DNA of 64,000 nt from an uncultured Christensenellaceae bacterium (GTDB lineage: Bacteria; Bacillota; Clostridia; Christensenellales; UBA3700): the NCBI GenBank assembly GCA_963931165.1, contig OZ006985.1, forward strand, positions 655,900 through 719,899, read 5' to 3'. This document shows positions 8,267 through 16,533 of this stretch, in pieces. A program made the translations under genes and the position numbers. Below the pieces are notes generated by a model. It was given only the letters and a program-made list of their open reading frames with translations, had not been told where the DNA came from and did no database searches. Each line of letters opens with the position of its first letter. The first letter of the stretch is position 1.

Positions 8267-8797
8267 ATGGAATATTCGCCCGACGAGTACACAAGACACT
8301 ACATCGTGACCGCGCTTTTCAAGCTCATGCACGAGTACGAGTACGAAAAGATCAAGGTTACGGACATCGTCGCCAAGGCAGGCGTCGGCAGGGCTACATT
8401 TTACCGCTACTTCAAGAGCAAGGAAGACGTCATCATATATTACTTCGAGCGGCACACGCGCGAATTTGTGTTCGAACAGCGCATTATCCCGCGGGGAAAA
8501 GAGGATCATATCAAGATCGCTTTCGACACTTTGACGATGTTCAAGCAAAATAAAGAGCCTTTCAAATTGTTGCAGAAGGCTCATTTGACCGACCTTTACC
8601 TGGGCTATCTCAACAAAAAATTTGTGCAAAATTTTGAGCGCGACAACAGCGATAAAAACCGCTATCTTCCCTATCTCTATGCCGGGATGCTGTACAACGT
8701 GTCGATGAAATGGCTCGAGGATGACTGCAAAGAGGACGCCCAAACGCTTGCAGCAATGATCGTGGAAGCGATCTATGACAAAGGAGACAAAGAATGA
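8267..8797 (+). CDS. TetR/AcrR-family transcriptional regulator
   Basis: SD is AAGGAG. N-terminal HTH is IKVTDIVAKAGVGRATFYRYFKSKEDV. Size is ~176 aa. Confidence 0.85.
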   Translation: MEYSPDEYTRHYIVTALFKLMHEYEYEKIKVTDIVAKAGVGRATFYRYFKSKEDVIIYYFERHTREFVFEQRIIPRGKEDHIKIAFDTLTMFKQNKEPFKLLQKAHLTDLYLGYLNKKFVQNFERDNSDKNRYLPYLYAGMLYNVSMKWLEDDCKEDAQTLAAMIVEAIYDKGDKE

Positions 8798-9065
8798 TCA
8801 AGTGCGAAGAGACGATCGCCGAATTGGTGCGAGCTTGGGAAGTTCCGTCCGGGCGACGCACCTCTTTTTGTCCGAAAGCGAGATCGACCGCATAAAGGGC
8901 TATGTGCCGCAGGCGTTGAGGCAGGTGCGGCATTTGCTTGTCGACAGCGCGGGCAAAGTCAACGGAAATTTCGGGATCCGTACGAAAAACGTGTGCAAAA
9001 ATCACGTTTTCGACACGAATGCGAGTCAAAAGGTTGTAAAAGGCGCCAAATCGCGGCGACGTTGA
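8794..9065 (+). pseudogene. Possible frameshifted gene remnant
   Basis: ATG at 8794 overlaps the TetR stop (ATGA) and reads MIKCEETIAELVRAWEVPSG... for 32 codons. A plausible continuation (LFLSESEIDRIKGYVPQALRQVRHLLVDSAGKVNG...) lies in another frame after the T5 run near 8865. No family was recognised. Confidence 0.25.
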
Positions 9066-9127
9066 AAAGGCAGGCAGAGACGGATCGAAAAAATATTTTT
9101 ATTTGATGTGCAAGCAGCGGAAAATCG

Positions 9128-9166
9128 TTGACAGAATAGAATAACAGTGTTACAATAACATTGTTA
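9128..9166 (+). promoter_or_regulatory. Sigma-A-type promoter of the second TetR gene, with two tandem TAACA-N-TGTTA palindromes
   Basis: TTGACA (9128-9133)-N17-TACAAT (9151-9156). The palindromes are ATAACAgTGTTA (9141-9152) and ATAACAtTGTTA (9155-9166), overlapping the spacer, the -10 and +1. Confidence 0.55.
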
Positions 9167-9190
9167 TCAAAAAACAAGACGAGACAAAGC

Positions 9191-9808
9191 ATGAAAGTAA
9201 AGGACGAAAGTATCAACTCAAAACTGTTGGAGTGCGCCAAAGCGGAGTTTATGGAAAAAGGCTTTGCCGACGCTTCCATGCGCACGATCGCGGAACGCGC
9301 GGGCGTCACGACGGGGATGCTTTACAGCCGCTTTGCAGACAAGAGCGAAATCTTCCGCGAACTGGTGGATGGGCCGGCAGACGAGCTGTACAATTATTTC
9401 ATGACCGTACAAAACGAGTTTGCAGGGTATTCCCCCGAATACCAGCGCAGGGAAATGCACCCTTATGTCGCGCAGAAGATAGACCGTATGGTCGATCTCA
9501 TCTACGATAATTTCGATGCTTTTAAGCTCATCATCTGTAAAAGTGGGGGAACGAGCTATGAATACTACGTCGATAAAATGATAGACGTGGAGACGGAGAG
9601 CACCTTCCGCTTTATCGATGCGGTTAAAGGCGCGGGTTTTCAGATTGCCGACATCCGCAAAGATTTGGCGCACATGCTGGCGAGCGCAATGTTCAACGGC
9701 ATGTTCGAGGTCGTCATGCACGACTTATCGCGGGAGGACGCGCGGCAATATATCCTGAAATTGCAGGAATTTTTCAACGCGGGCTGGGATAAACTGCTCG
9801 GTCTGTAA
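9191..9808 (+). CDS. TetR/AcrR-family transcriptional regulator
   Basis: HTH is FADASMRTIAERAGVTTGMLYSRFADKSEIF. It lies directly upstream of the ABC exporter pair. Confidence 0.85.
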   Translation: MKVKDESINSKLLECAKAEFMEKGFADASMRTIAERAGVTTGMLYSRFADKSEIFRELVDGPADELYNYFMTVQNEFAGYSPEYQRREMHPYVAQKIDRMVDLIYDNFDAFKLIICKSGGTSYEYYVDKMIDVETESTFRFIDAVKGAGFQIADIRKDLAHMLASAMFNGMFEVVMHDLSREDARQYILKLQEFFNAGWDKLLGL

Positions 9809-9847
9809 AGAGAAGGGGAGGGAAACTCCCCTTAACGTATGCACAAT

Positions 9848-9865
9848 AGTTCGCATAAGCGAACT
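9848..9865. promoter_or_regulatory. Palindromic operator candidate AGTTCGC-ATAA-GCGAACT
   Basis: Perfect 7-bp arms, 18 nt upstream of the ABC exporter start. The same motif occurs twice at 13506-13556. Confidence 0.5.
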
Positions 9866-9882
9866 AAAATATAGGAGGACTT

Positions 9883-11643
9883 ATGGCTAAAACAGAGAAG
9901 CGTAGGGGTACGTTCTCGTACCTGTACGAATGGGCGCGACCGTATCGCCGCCGGTATGTTTTGTCGGTGCTGTTTGCGGTGCTCGAAGTCGGATTCGGAA
10001 TTGTTCCGTTCGTTTGCCTCGGCAAAATCACTGAACTGCTCGTCGCGGGCGAGTTTGCGTTCACGTTCGGAACTTACGGTATGTGGCTGCTGATCGCCGC
10101 GCTGTGCTGGGTGGGGCATTACGCCTGCCACATGGTTTCAACGACCATTTCGCACAAGGCGACGTTCACTGTCATCTCCGACGTGCGCACGAACGCCTGC
10201 GACAAACTCGCGCGCATGTCGCTCGGCGATGTCCTTTCGCGGCCGAGCGGCGAGATCAAGAACACCATTTTAGAGCGCATCGACAGCATCGAAACAACGC
10301 TCGCGCACATCGTTCCCGAAGTGTCGTCCAAACTGCTTGCGCCGATCGCGCTATTCGTTTACATAATGACCATCGACTGGCGGGTGGGGCTGATCTCGCT
10401 CATCACGATACCCGTGGGACTTTTGATGTATATGTGCATGATGATAGGCTATCAAAAGAAGTTCGGGCGGTATGTGCGCGCGGGCAAGAACCTCAACTCT
10501 GTCGCCGTGGAATATATCAACGGCATCGAGGTCATCAAGACGTTCAATCAGTCCGCCGATTCGTATAAGAAGTTCACCGACGCCGCGCATGAGTCCGCGC
10601 ACTCCGCTATCGACTGGATGAAACAGAGCCAGGTTTTCTTTTCCATTGCAATGGCGGTGTTCCCCGCCGTGCTTCTGACGGTATTGCCCGCATCTGTCGC
10701 GTTTTACGTTCAGGGCAGCGTCACTCTCGCCGAGTTCGTCATGCTCGTTGTTCTGAGTTTCGGTATGCTCACGCCGCTCATCGGCATAATGAGTTACAGC
10801 GATGACATCGGCAAGATAAGCGTCATCGTCGGGGAGATAAATTCCATTCTGCAAAAGCCGGAGCTTGTCCGCCCCAAAGATAAGGTAAAACTTACAGACT
10901 ATACCGTAAAGGGCGAAAATGTCCGTTTCGGCTACGTCGAGGGGAAAGAGATCCTGCACGGCGTAAATTTTGAATTCCGGCAGGGGACGGTGAACGCGCT
11001 CGTCGGGCCTTCGGGCAGCGGAAAATCGACGATTGCAAAGCTCATCGCCTCCATGTGGGATGTTGGAAGCGGAAAAATAACCATAGGCGGCAAGGACATC
11101 CGTGAAATTCCGCTCGAACAACTCAACCAAAACATCGCCTATGTCGCGCAAGATAACTTCCTGTTCAACGAGAGCGTGCGCGAAAACATCCGCAAGGGTA
11201 ACCTTGCCGCCACCGACGAGGAGGTGGAGAATATCGCCAAAGCGTCCGGCTGCCACGAATTTATCATGAAACTCGAAAACGGCTACGACACCGTGGTCGG
11301 CAGTTCGGGCGGGCACCTTTCGGGCGGCGAAAGACAGCGCATTGCCATTGCGCGCGCCATGCTCAAAAACGCGCCCGTCGTCATTTTAGACGAGGCGACT
11401 GCCTATACCGATCCAGAAAACGAGGCGGTCATTCAGAGTGCCGTGTCAAAACTCGTGCAGGGCAAAACGCTCATCGTCGTCGCGCACAGGCTCTCGACCA
11501 TCGTCGATTCGGATAAAATATTCCTTGTCAACGGCGGTAAAATCGAGGCGAGCGGCACGCACGAAGAGCTGCTCAAATCATCCGCGCTCTATAACGAGCT
11601 GTGGCAGGCGCATATCGGCGCAAAGGACAGAGCGGAGGATTAA
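9883..11643 (+). CDS. ABC transporter permease/ATPase fusion (exporter type), subunit 1 of a heterodimer
   Basis: Six-TM N-terminal domain plus an NBD with Walker A (GPSGSGKST), signature (LSGGERQR) and Walker B (VVILDEAT). Confidence 0.9.
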   Translation: MAKTEKRRGTFSYLYEWARPYRRRYVLSVLFAVLEVGFGIVPFVCLGKITELLVAGEFAFTFGTYGMWLLIAALCWVGHYACHMVSTTISHKATFTVISDVRTNACDKLARMSLGDVLSRPSGEIKNTILERIDSIETTLAHIVPEVSSKLLAPIALFVYIMTIDWRVGLISLITIPVGLLMYMCMMIGYQKKFGRYVRAGKNLNSVAVEYINGIEVIKTFNQSADSYKKFTDAAHESAHSAIDWMKQSQVFFSIAMAVFPAVLLTVLPASVAFYVQGSVTLAEFVMLVVLSFGMLTPLIGIMSYSDDIGKISVIVGEINSILQKPELVRPKDKVKLTDYTVKGENVRFGYVEGKEILHGVNFEFRQGTVNALVGPSGSGKSTIAKLIASMWDVGSGKITIGGKDIREIPLEQLNQNIAYVAQDNFLFNESVRENIRKGNLAATDEEVENIAKASGCHEFIMKLENGYDTVVGSSGGHLSGGERQRIAIARAMLKNAPVVILDEATAYTDPENEAVIQSAVSKLVQGKTLIVVAHRLSTIVDSDKIFLVNGGKIEASGTHEELLKSSALYNELWQAHIGAKDRAED

Positions 11644-11646
11644 ACT

Positions 11647-13398
11647 ATGTTCAAATATCTGTTGAAGTTTATAAAATTTGCAGGGAAACAGCGTAAACAC
11701 ATGATTGTGGCGCTTGTGTTCGGGTTGTTGCAGTCGGTATTTACCGCGTTTTCACTCCTTGCAACGGCGTATGCCCTGCAAAATATGATAGAGGGAACAG
11801 CGACCATGTCCACGGTCTGGTCGGCGTTCGGCATTGTGGGCGGGGGCGTGCTGCTCGCCGCCGTATGCAATTATTTCTCTACGCAGTTTCTGACGTATGC
11901 GGGCTATACCATAGCGGCGAACGCGCGTATCCGCATCGCCGACAAGCTCAAATACGCGCCGATGGGGTATTTCAACGAACATAACCTCGGTCAAATCGCC
12001 AACACCGCGACCAACACGGCGGAGTCATTGCAGGATACACTCACGCGCTGCCTGCTTTTGACGACGAAGGGATTGTTTATGGCGCTCGTCATAACCATTT
12101 CGTTGCTTGTTTTTGACTGGCGTATAGGGCTTGTCGCCGCGGCGGGATTTGTTCTCTTTCTCATTATCAATCATTTCCTGCACAAAGCGGGAGAAAAGAA
12201 CTCGGACAGAAAGACTGTTTCGGGCGATAAAGCGGTGGAGGCCGTGCTCGAATATGTGCAGGGCATTGCAGTCATCAAATCGTATAACCTGACGGGCAAG
12301 GCAAATAAAAAGGTAACTTCCGCCATCAAAGAGGACAGGGATGTCAATTACGCACTCGAAAAGAACTATATCCCGTTCATGGCATTGCAGGGCGTTGCCG
12401 TCAAACTTGCCGGTGTGGCGATCATCGCGGTGTCGGTATGGCTCTACACGCAGCTTTCAATGCCTCTGTTTACGGCGCTCGTCGCCTGTATCGCATCCTT
12501 CATGGTGTTTAACGACCTCGATTCGGGCGGCAATATGTCCGCGCTGCTGCGCATAGCGGCGAACAGCATCGACAAGATCGAGGCGGCGATGAATTTGCCC
12601 GTCATGGATATAAACGGCAAGGAGATAACGCCTGTCAAGGCAGATATTGCCGTGCAGAATGTGGATTTTTCCTACGACAAGCGCAAGATCATCGACGGCG
12701 TTACAGTGGATATACCCGCGCGCTCCTCGCTCGCCATCGTCGGCGGTTCGGGCAGTGGAAAAACGACGCTGTGCAACCTTATCCTGCGGTTCTGGGACGT
12801 GGATAAGGGAAGCATATCCCTCGGCGGACACGATGTGCGCGAATATAAACTGGATAGCCTCTTAAAAAATTACAGTATGGTGTTCCAGAACGTGTACCTG
12901 TTCAACGATACGATTGCAAACAATATCCGTTTCGGAAAGCCGGACGCGAGTATGGAGGAAGTGATAGAGGCGGCGAAAAAGGCGTGTTGTCACGACTTCA
13001 TCTCCGCGCTCCCCGACGGGTACGATACGGTCATCGGCGAGGGCGGCGCGAGCATTTCGGGCGGCGAAAAACAGCGCATTTCCATTGCCCGCGCAATCAT
13101 TAAAGACAGCCCCGTCATCATTCTGGACGAGGCGACGGCGAACGTCGATCCCGAAAACGAATGGATGCTGCAAAACGCCATCCGGGAACTGACGAAGTCC
13201 AAAACGGTCATCATGATCGCGCACCGGTTAAAGACAGTGCGCCATGCCGATAAGATCATCGTGCTCGACGGCGGCAAGATTGTCGAAGAGGGTACGCACA
13301 AAGAACTTTTGGCAAAGCAGGGCAAGTATGCCGAATTTATCGCCATGCGCGAAAAGTCCGTGGGCTGGAAACTCGGCAGTGCAATGCAAAACAGATAG
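11647..13398 (+). CDS. ABC transporter permease/ATPase fusion (exporter type), subunit 2
   Basis: Walker A (GGSGSGKTT), signature (ISGGEKQR) and Walker B (VIILDEAT). It starts 3 nt after the previous gene. Confidence 0.9.
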   Translation: MFKYLLKFIKFAGKQRKHMIVALVFGLLQSVFTAFSLLATAYALQNMIEGTATMSTVWSAFGIVGGGVLLAAVCNYFSTQFLTYAGYTIAANARIRIADKLKYAPMGYFNEHNLGQIANTATNTAESLQDTLTRCLLLTTKGLFMALVITISLLVFDWRIGLVAAAGFVLFLIINHFLHKAGEKNSDRKTVSGDKAVEAVLEYVQGIAVIKSYNLTGKANKKVTSAIKEDRDVNYALEKNYIPFMALQGVAVKLAGVAIIAVSVWLYTQLSMPLFTALVACIASFMVFNDLDSGGNMSALLRIAANSIDKIEAAMNLPVMDINGKEITPVKADIAVQNVDFSYDKRKIIDGVTVDIPARSSLAIVGGSGSGKTTLCNLILRFWDVDKGSISLGGHDVREYKLDSLLKNYSMVFQNVYLFNDTIANNIRFGKPDASMEEVIEAAKKACCHDFISALPDGYDTVIGEGGASISGGEKQRISIARAIIKDSPVIILDEATANVDPENEWMLQNAIRELTKSKTVIMIAHRLKTVRHADKIIVLDGGKIVEEGTHKELLAKQGKYAEFIAMREKSVGWKLGSAMQNR

Positions 13399-13468
13399 TC
13401 GGGAAATAAGGATTAAATATTGTATGTGGTCGGGCGAGTGGCGTATCTGAAAAACTTGTACGGAAGGG

Positions 13469-13497
13469 TTGACAAATGTCGCCCTTCCGTATATAAT
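13469..13497 (+). promoter_or_regulatory. Consensus sigma-A promoter of the DUF3793-flavodoxin operon
   Basis: TTGACA-N17-TATAAT. The -35 is embraced by the inverted repeat ACGGAAGGG (13460-13468) / CCCTTCCGT (13482-13490). Confidence 0.6.
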
Positions 13498-13505
13498 GGC
13501 AGTAG

Positions 13506-13521
13506 GTTCGCATAAGCGAAC
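13506..13521. promoter_or_regulatory. Palindromic operator candidate GTTCGC-ATAA-GCGAAC (copy 2)
   Basis: Identical to the 9849-9864 core and located just downstream of the -10. Confidence 0.5.
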
Positions 13522-13536
13522 TCATTAAATACGGGT

Positions 13537-13556
13537 CAGTTCGCATATGCGAACTG
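13537..13556. promoter_or_regulatory. Palindromic operator candidate CAGTTCGCATATGCGAACTG (copy 3, perfect 20-bp palindrome)
   Basis: Perfect dyad 15 nt after copy 2 and immediately upstream of the SD. Confidence 0.5.
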
Positions 13557-13567
13557 AAAGGAGAGCT

Positions 13568-14104
13568 ATGAGCGTAACGGAATATGCCATCGGTCGCCAT
13601 TGCGGCGTGACGTTTGCGGGACTGAAAATCGCCAGTCTCGTAAATTTGCCGAAAGGCGACGAGGATGTCTTAACCATGCTGGCGCGACGTTTTGCAAGCA
13701 AAGGTTTTTTGTTCGAACTTTTGCGAGAAAGCGATGTGCGATCGCTCGTCTATGTTTGTCATCAAATGCGGTTGGAGCAATATCTTACTCGTCCCGAGGT
13801 GAAAAACTTCCTCTCTTCCTTTGGGTACGAATATGCGACGGCAGCAGATGCGCTGGAACAGTTAAAAGATCGTATGAGCGGCGAATTTCCACATGAGATC
13901 GGCATCTTTTTGGGTTATCCGCTTTGCGACGTTCGAGGTTTTTTGCGCGATCCGGACGGATGTATTTTGTGCGGCGAATGGAAGGTATACGCAAATGCGG
14001 ACGAAGCGGTGCGCACCTTTGAGAGGTTTCGCAGGTGCAATGCTTGTATCTGTCGGCATATGGACAGAGGGAGAACGCTCTCCCAAATATTCAATGTGAC
14101 CTAA
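13568..14104 (+). CDS. DUF3793-like protein (family assignment from memory; it commonly neighbours flavodoxin in Clostridia)
   Basis: SD is AAAGGAG. Motifs are HCGVTFAGLKIASL and FPHEIGIFLGYPLCDVRGF. A C-terminal Cys-rich segment is present. Confidence 0.65.
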   Translation: MSVTEYAIGRHCGVTFAGLKIASLVNLPKGDEDVLTMLARRFASKGFLFELLRESDVRSLVYVCHQMRLEQYLTRPEVKNFLSSFGYEYATAADALEQLKDRMSGEFPHEIGIFLGYPLCDVRGFLRDPDGCILCGEWKVYANADEAVRTFERFRRCNACICRHMDRGRTLSQIFNVT

Positions 14105-14127
14105 AACAATTTTTCAGGAGGTATTTT

Positions 14128-14547
14128 ATGAAAGTTTCCATCGTGTATTGGTCGGGTACCGGCAATACGGAAGCAATGGCAAACGCCGTGGCAGAGGGCG
14201 CGAAGAGCGCGGGAGCCGAGGTCGAACTTTTGAATGTTTCGCATGCGACAGCCGAGGTCTTGAAGAGTGACGCTATCCTTCTCGGATGTCCGGCTATGGG
14301 CTCGGAGCAACTCGAAGACAGTGAGTTTGAGCCGTTTTTCGCATCCATTGAAAGTTCGCTCGCCGGCAAGAGGATCGGATTGTTCGGTTCTTACGATTGG
14401 GGCGACGGCGAGTGGATGCGCACTTGGCAAAAACGAGTCGAAGACGCCGGCGGAACCATGATAGAGGACGGGGTCATTTGCAACAATGAGCCTGACTTCG
14501 ACGCGCTTGCGGCATGCGGTGCGCTCGGCGAAAAGGCGGCAGAGTAA
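14128..14547 (+). CDS. Short-chain flavodoxin
   Basis: SD is AGGAGG. The FMN-binding motif is VSIVYWSGTGNTEAMA, and GLFGSYDWGDGEWM is also present. Size is 139 aa. Confidence 0.9.
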   Translation: MKVSIVYWSGTGNTEAMANAVAEGAKSAGAEVELLNVSHATAEVLKSDAILLGCPAMGSEQLEDSEFEPFFASIESSLAGKRIGLFGSYDWGDGEWMRTWQKRVEDAGGTMIEDGVICNNEPDFDALAACGALGEKAAE

Positions 14548-14738
14548 GACGCAAGCCAAACACCGATCGCAAGTCGGAGAAAAATCGGTATCGCGCAATA
14601 TACAAGACGTATTGTATGAGCGATGCGCAGCGCAGAGGCGCGAAATGTTGCGGTCTTCTGCGCGAATGTCGGCGAAGCGCCGCGAGGCGTAAAACTGTTC
14701 GCGACGCTTTGTCGGCAAATATCATTTGGAGATAGAAA

Positions 14739-15359
14739 ATGTTTGTCGTCCGTAAATATGAGGAGAGAGACGTTCCCGCCTGTGCGAAATGCTTTTACGA
14801 AAGTTTTTTCGACTGTCCGTTGACGGAAAAGGATAAGATATTTTTGCGCGACTACGCGCAGGTGCTCATCGAAAAGTGTTCGTTTACATACGTCGCGGAG
14901 AGCGAAGGGCAGGTCGTCGGGTTCATTATCGGGCATTACAAAAAGAGTTTTGACAAATCGCTTGCCAAAACGCACGACGCAAAACCGCACTACAAGGCGT
15001 GGTCAAGGTGCTTTTTCAAGTTTATGTTCGGCGGCTACAAGATGTCCGCACCGTTCAAGGCACAGTTCGATCTCTTTTATAAGAAACTTAAAGAGAACGG
15101 CAAGGATACGCCGCTCGCCTGCGACTGCGAACTGATGGCACTCTGCTCGCGCAGAGATTACCGCAAAGGTTTGGGAACGGCGCTCTGGGAAGCCTTTAAG
15201 GAGCGGTGCATTCAAAGCGGCGTGAAGACGGTGCGCGTGTTCACCGATACGGACGCCACATATACTTTTTACGAAAAGCGAGGTTTCAAACTCGTATGGG
15301 AAAAGCCGTATTCCTTCGGCACTCCCGGCAGATCGCTGGTGTACGAGTATAAATTATAA
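14739..15359 (+). CDS. GNAT-family N-acetyltransferase
   Basis: Acetyl-CoA motif RRDYRKGLGTALWEAF and C-terminal YEKRGFK. Confidence 0.75.
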   Translation: MFVVRKYEERDVPACAKCFYESFFDCPLTEKDKIFLRDYAQVLIEKCSFTYVAESEGQVVGFIIGHYKKSFDKSLAKTHDAKPHYKAWSRCFFKFMFGGYKMSAPFKAQFDLFYKKLKENGKDTPLACDCELMALCSRRDYRKGLGTALWEAFKERCIQSGVKTVRVFTDTDATYTFYEKRGFKLVWEKPYSFGTPGRSLVYEYKL

Positions 15360-15374
15360 GAGGTGCAAGGCTAT

Positions 15375-15983
15375 ATGTTAAAAAAGTTCTTAAAAAATTG
15401 CAAAAAACCGGAAGGTAAATTCGGTAAATGGGTAGTGAGTGCAATGAACAAAGGTCATGCGCCTCTCGCGCTTTGGGCGTTTGAAGTTTGTCCGCTTTCG
15501 GACGGGGAAAGCGTCCTGGACGTCGGGTGCGGCGGCGGAGGCAATCTTGTCCGCATTCTGGAGCGCTGCCCGAAAAGCCGCGCCGACGGAATTGACTATT
15601 CGGAGGAAAGCGTTGCATGCAGCCGTAAAGCGACCAAAAAATATGCGGACAGGTGCAGTATCTTGTGCGGAGATGCCATGCATCTGCCGTATCGGGATGA
15701 TGCATTCGACAGGGCGGTGTCCTTTGAATCCATATATTTCTGGCCGGATCCGGTACGCGGACTGAAAGAGATTTGCCGCGTATTGAAACAAGGCGGCAAA
15801 GTCATGATTGCCTCTGAAATGACCGATCCCGAAAAGGGAAAATTCTGGGCAAAACGCTGTGAAGGCATGACGATCTATACGGCGGAGCAGCTCGCTGCCC
15901 TTATGGGGAAAGCAGGGTTTTCCGATATAAAAATCCATAAGACGCGCAAAGTGTGGTGTGCCGTCGAGGGGATAAAGCCCTGA
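15375..15983 (+). CDS. Class I SAM-dependent methyltransferase
   Basis: Motif I is VLDVGCGGGGNL. ATG 15375 was chosen over GTG 15363 on SD spacing. Confidence 0.75.
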   Translation: MLKKFLKNCKKPEGKFGKWVVSAMNKGHAPLALWAFEVCPLSDGESVLDVGCGGGGNLVRILERCPKSRADGIDYSEESVACSRKATKKYADRCSILCGDAMHLPYRDDAFDRAVSFESIYFWPDPVRGLKEICRVLKQGGKVMIASEMTDPEKGKFWAKRCEGMTIYTAEQLAALMGKAGFSDIKIHKTRKVWCAVEGIKP

Positions 15984-16014
15984 TGCGGCAAAGATATGGA
16001 CGGAAGCATAGAAA

Positions 16015-16497
16015 ATGATTTTAGCAATCGAAACGACGGCTTTATGTATTGTCTTTTTTCTGTTATGTTTTTTGGGAACGGGGACTGACGAGAAGAACTT
16101 GAAAAATTATTCGTCATATCCGGATGAGGTTCAAAATCTGATAAACGAAATTGCAGAATATCGTGGGCGCTATAAAGAACACAGTAAAGCGGCGGTATTT
16201 TTGTTGAATTTTTTGTTGTTCTTGTTTTTATTTTTCATTTTGGGACTGTTTATCAGAGACAGCAGCTTTTTGCAAAATTTTGTTTCCCTGACCATTATGG
16301 GGCAAAGTCTGAACGTATTTGATTTTCTGGTCATTGACCTTTTATGGTGGCGGAATACAAAACGCATTCGTTTTACAAAAATACCCGAAAAAGAATTGTA
16401 TCGGAATCCGAAAAAACATATATGGTCGTTTATCAGGGGAGTTGTGATGTATCTGATAATCGCTTTAGTAGACGGATATATATTGACGTTATTTTAG
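16015..16497 (+). CDS. Hypothetical membrane protein in a markedly AT-rich segment
   Basis: Four hydrophobic helices. Local GC is clearly lower than the flanking DNA by eye. Confidence 0.65.
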   Translation: MILAIETTALCIVFFLLCFLGTGTDEKNLKNYSSYPDEVQNLINEIAEYRGRYKEHSKAAVFLLNFLLFLFLFFILGLFIRDSSFLQNFVSLTIMGQSLNVFDFLVIDLLWWRNTKRIRFTKIPEKELYRNPKKHIWSFIRGVVMYLIIALVDGYILTLF

Positions 16498-16533
16498 TCG
16501 GAAATATGGTATGTACGGTAATGGAGGATACGA

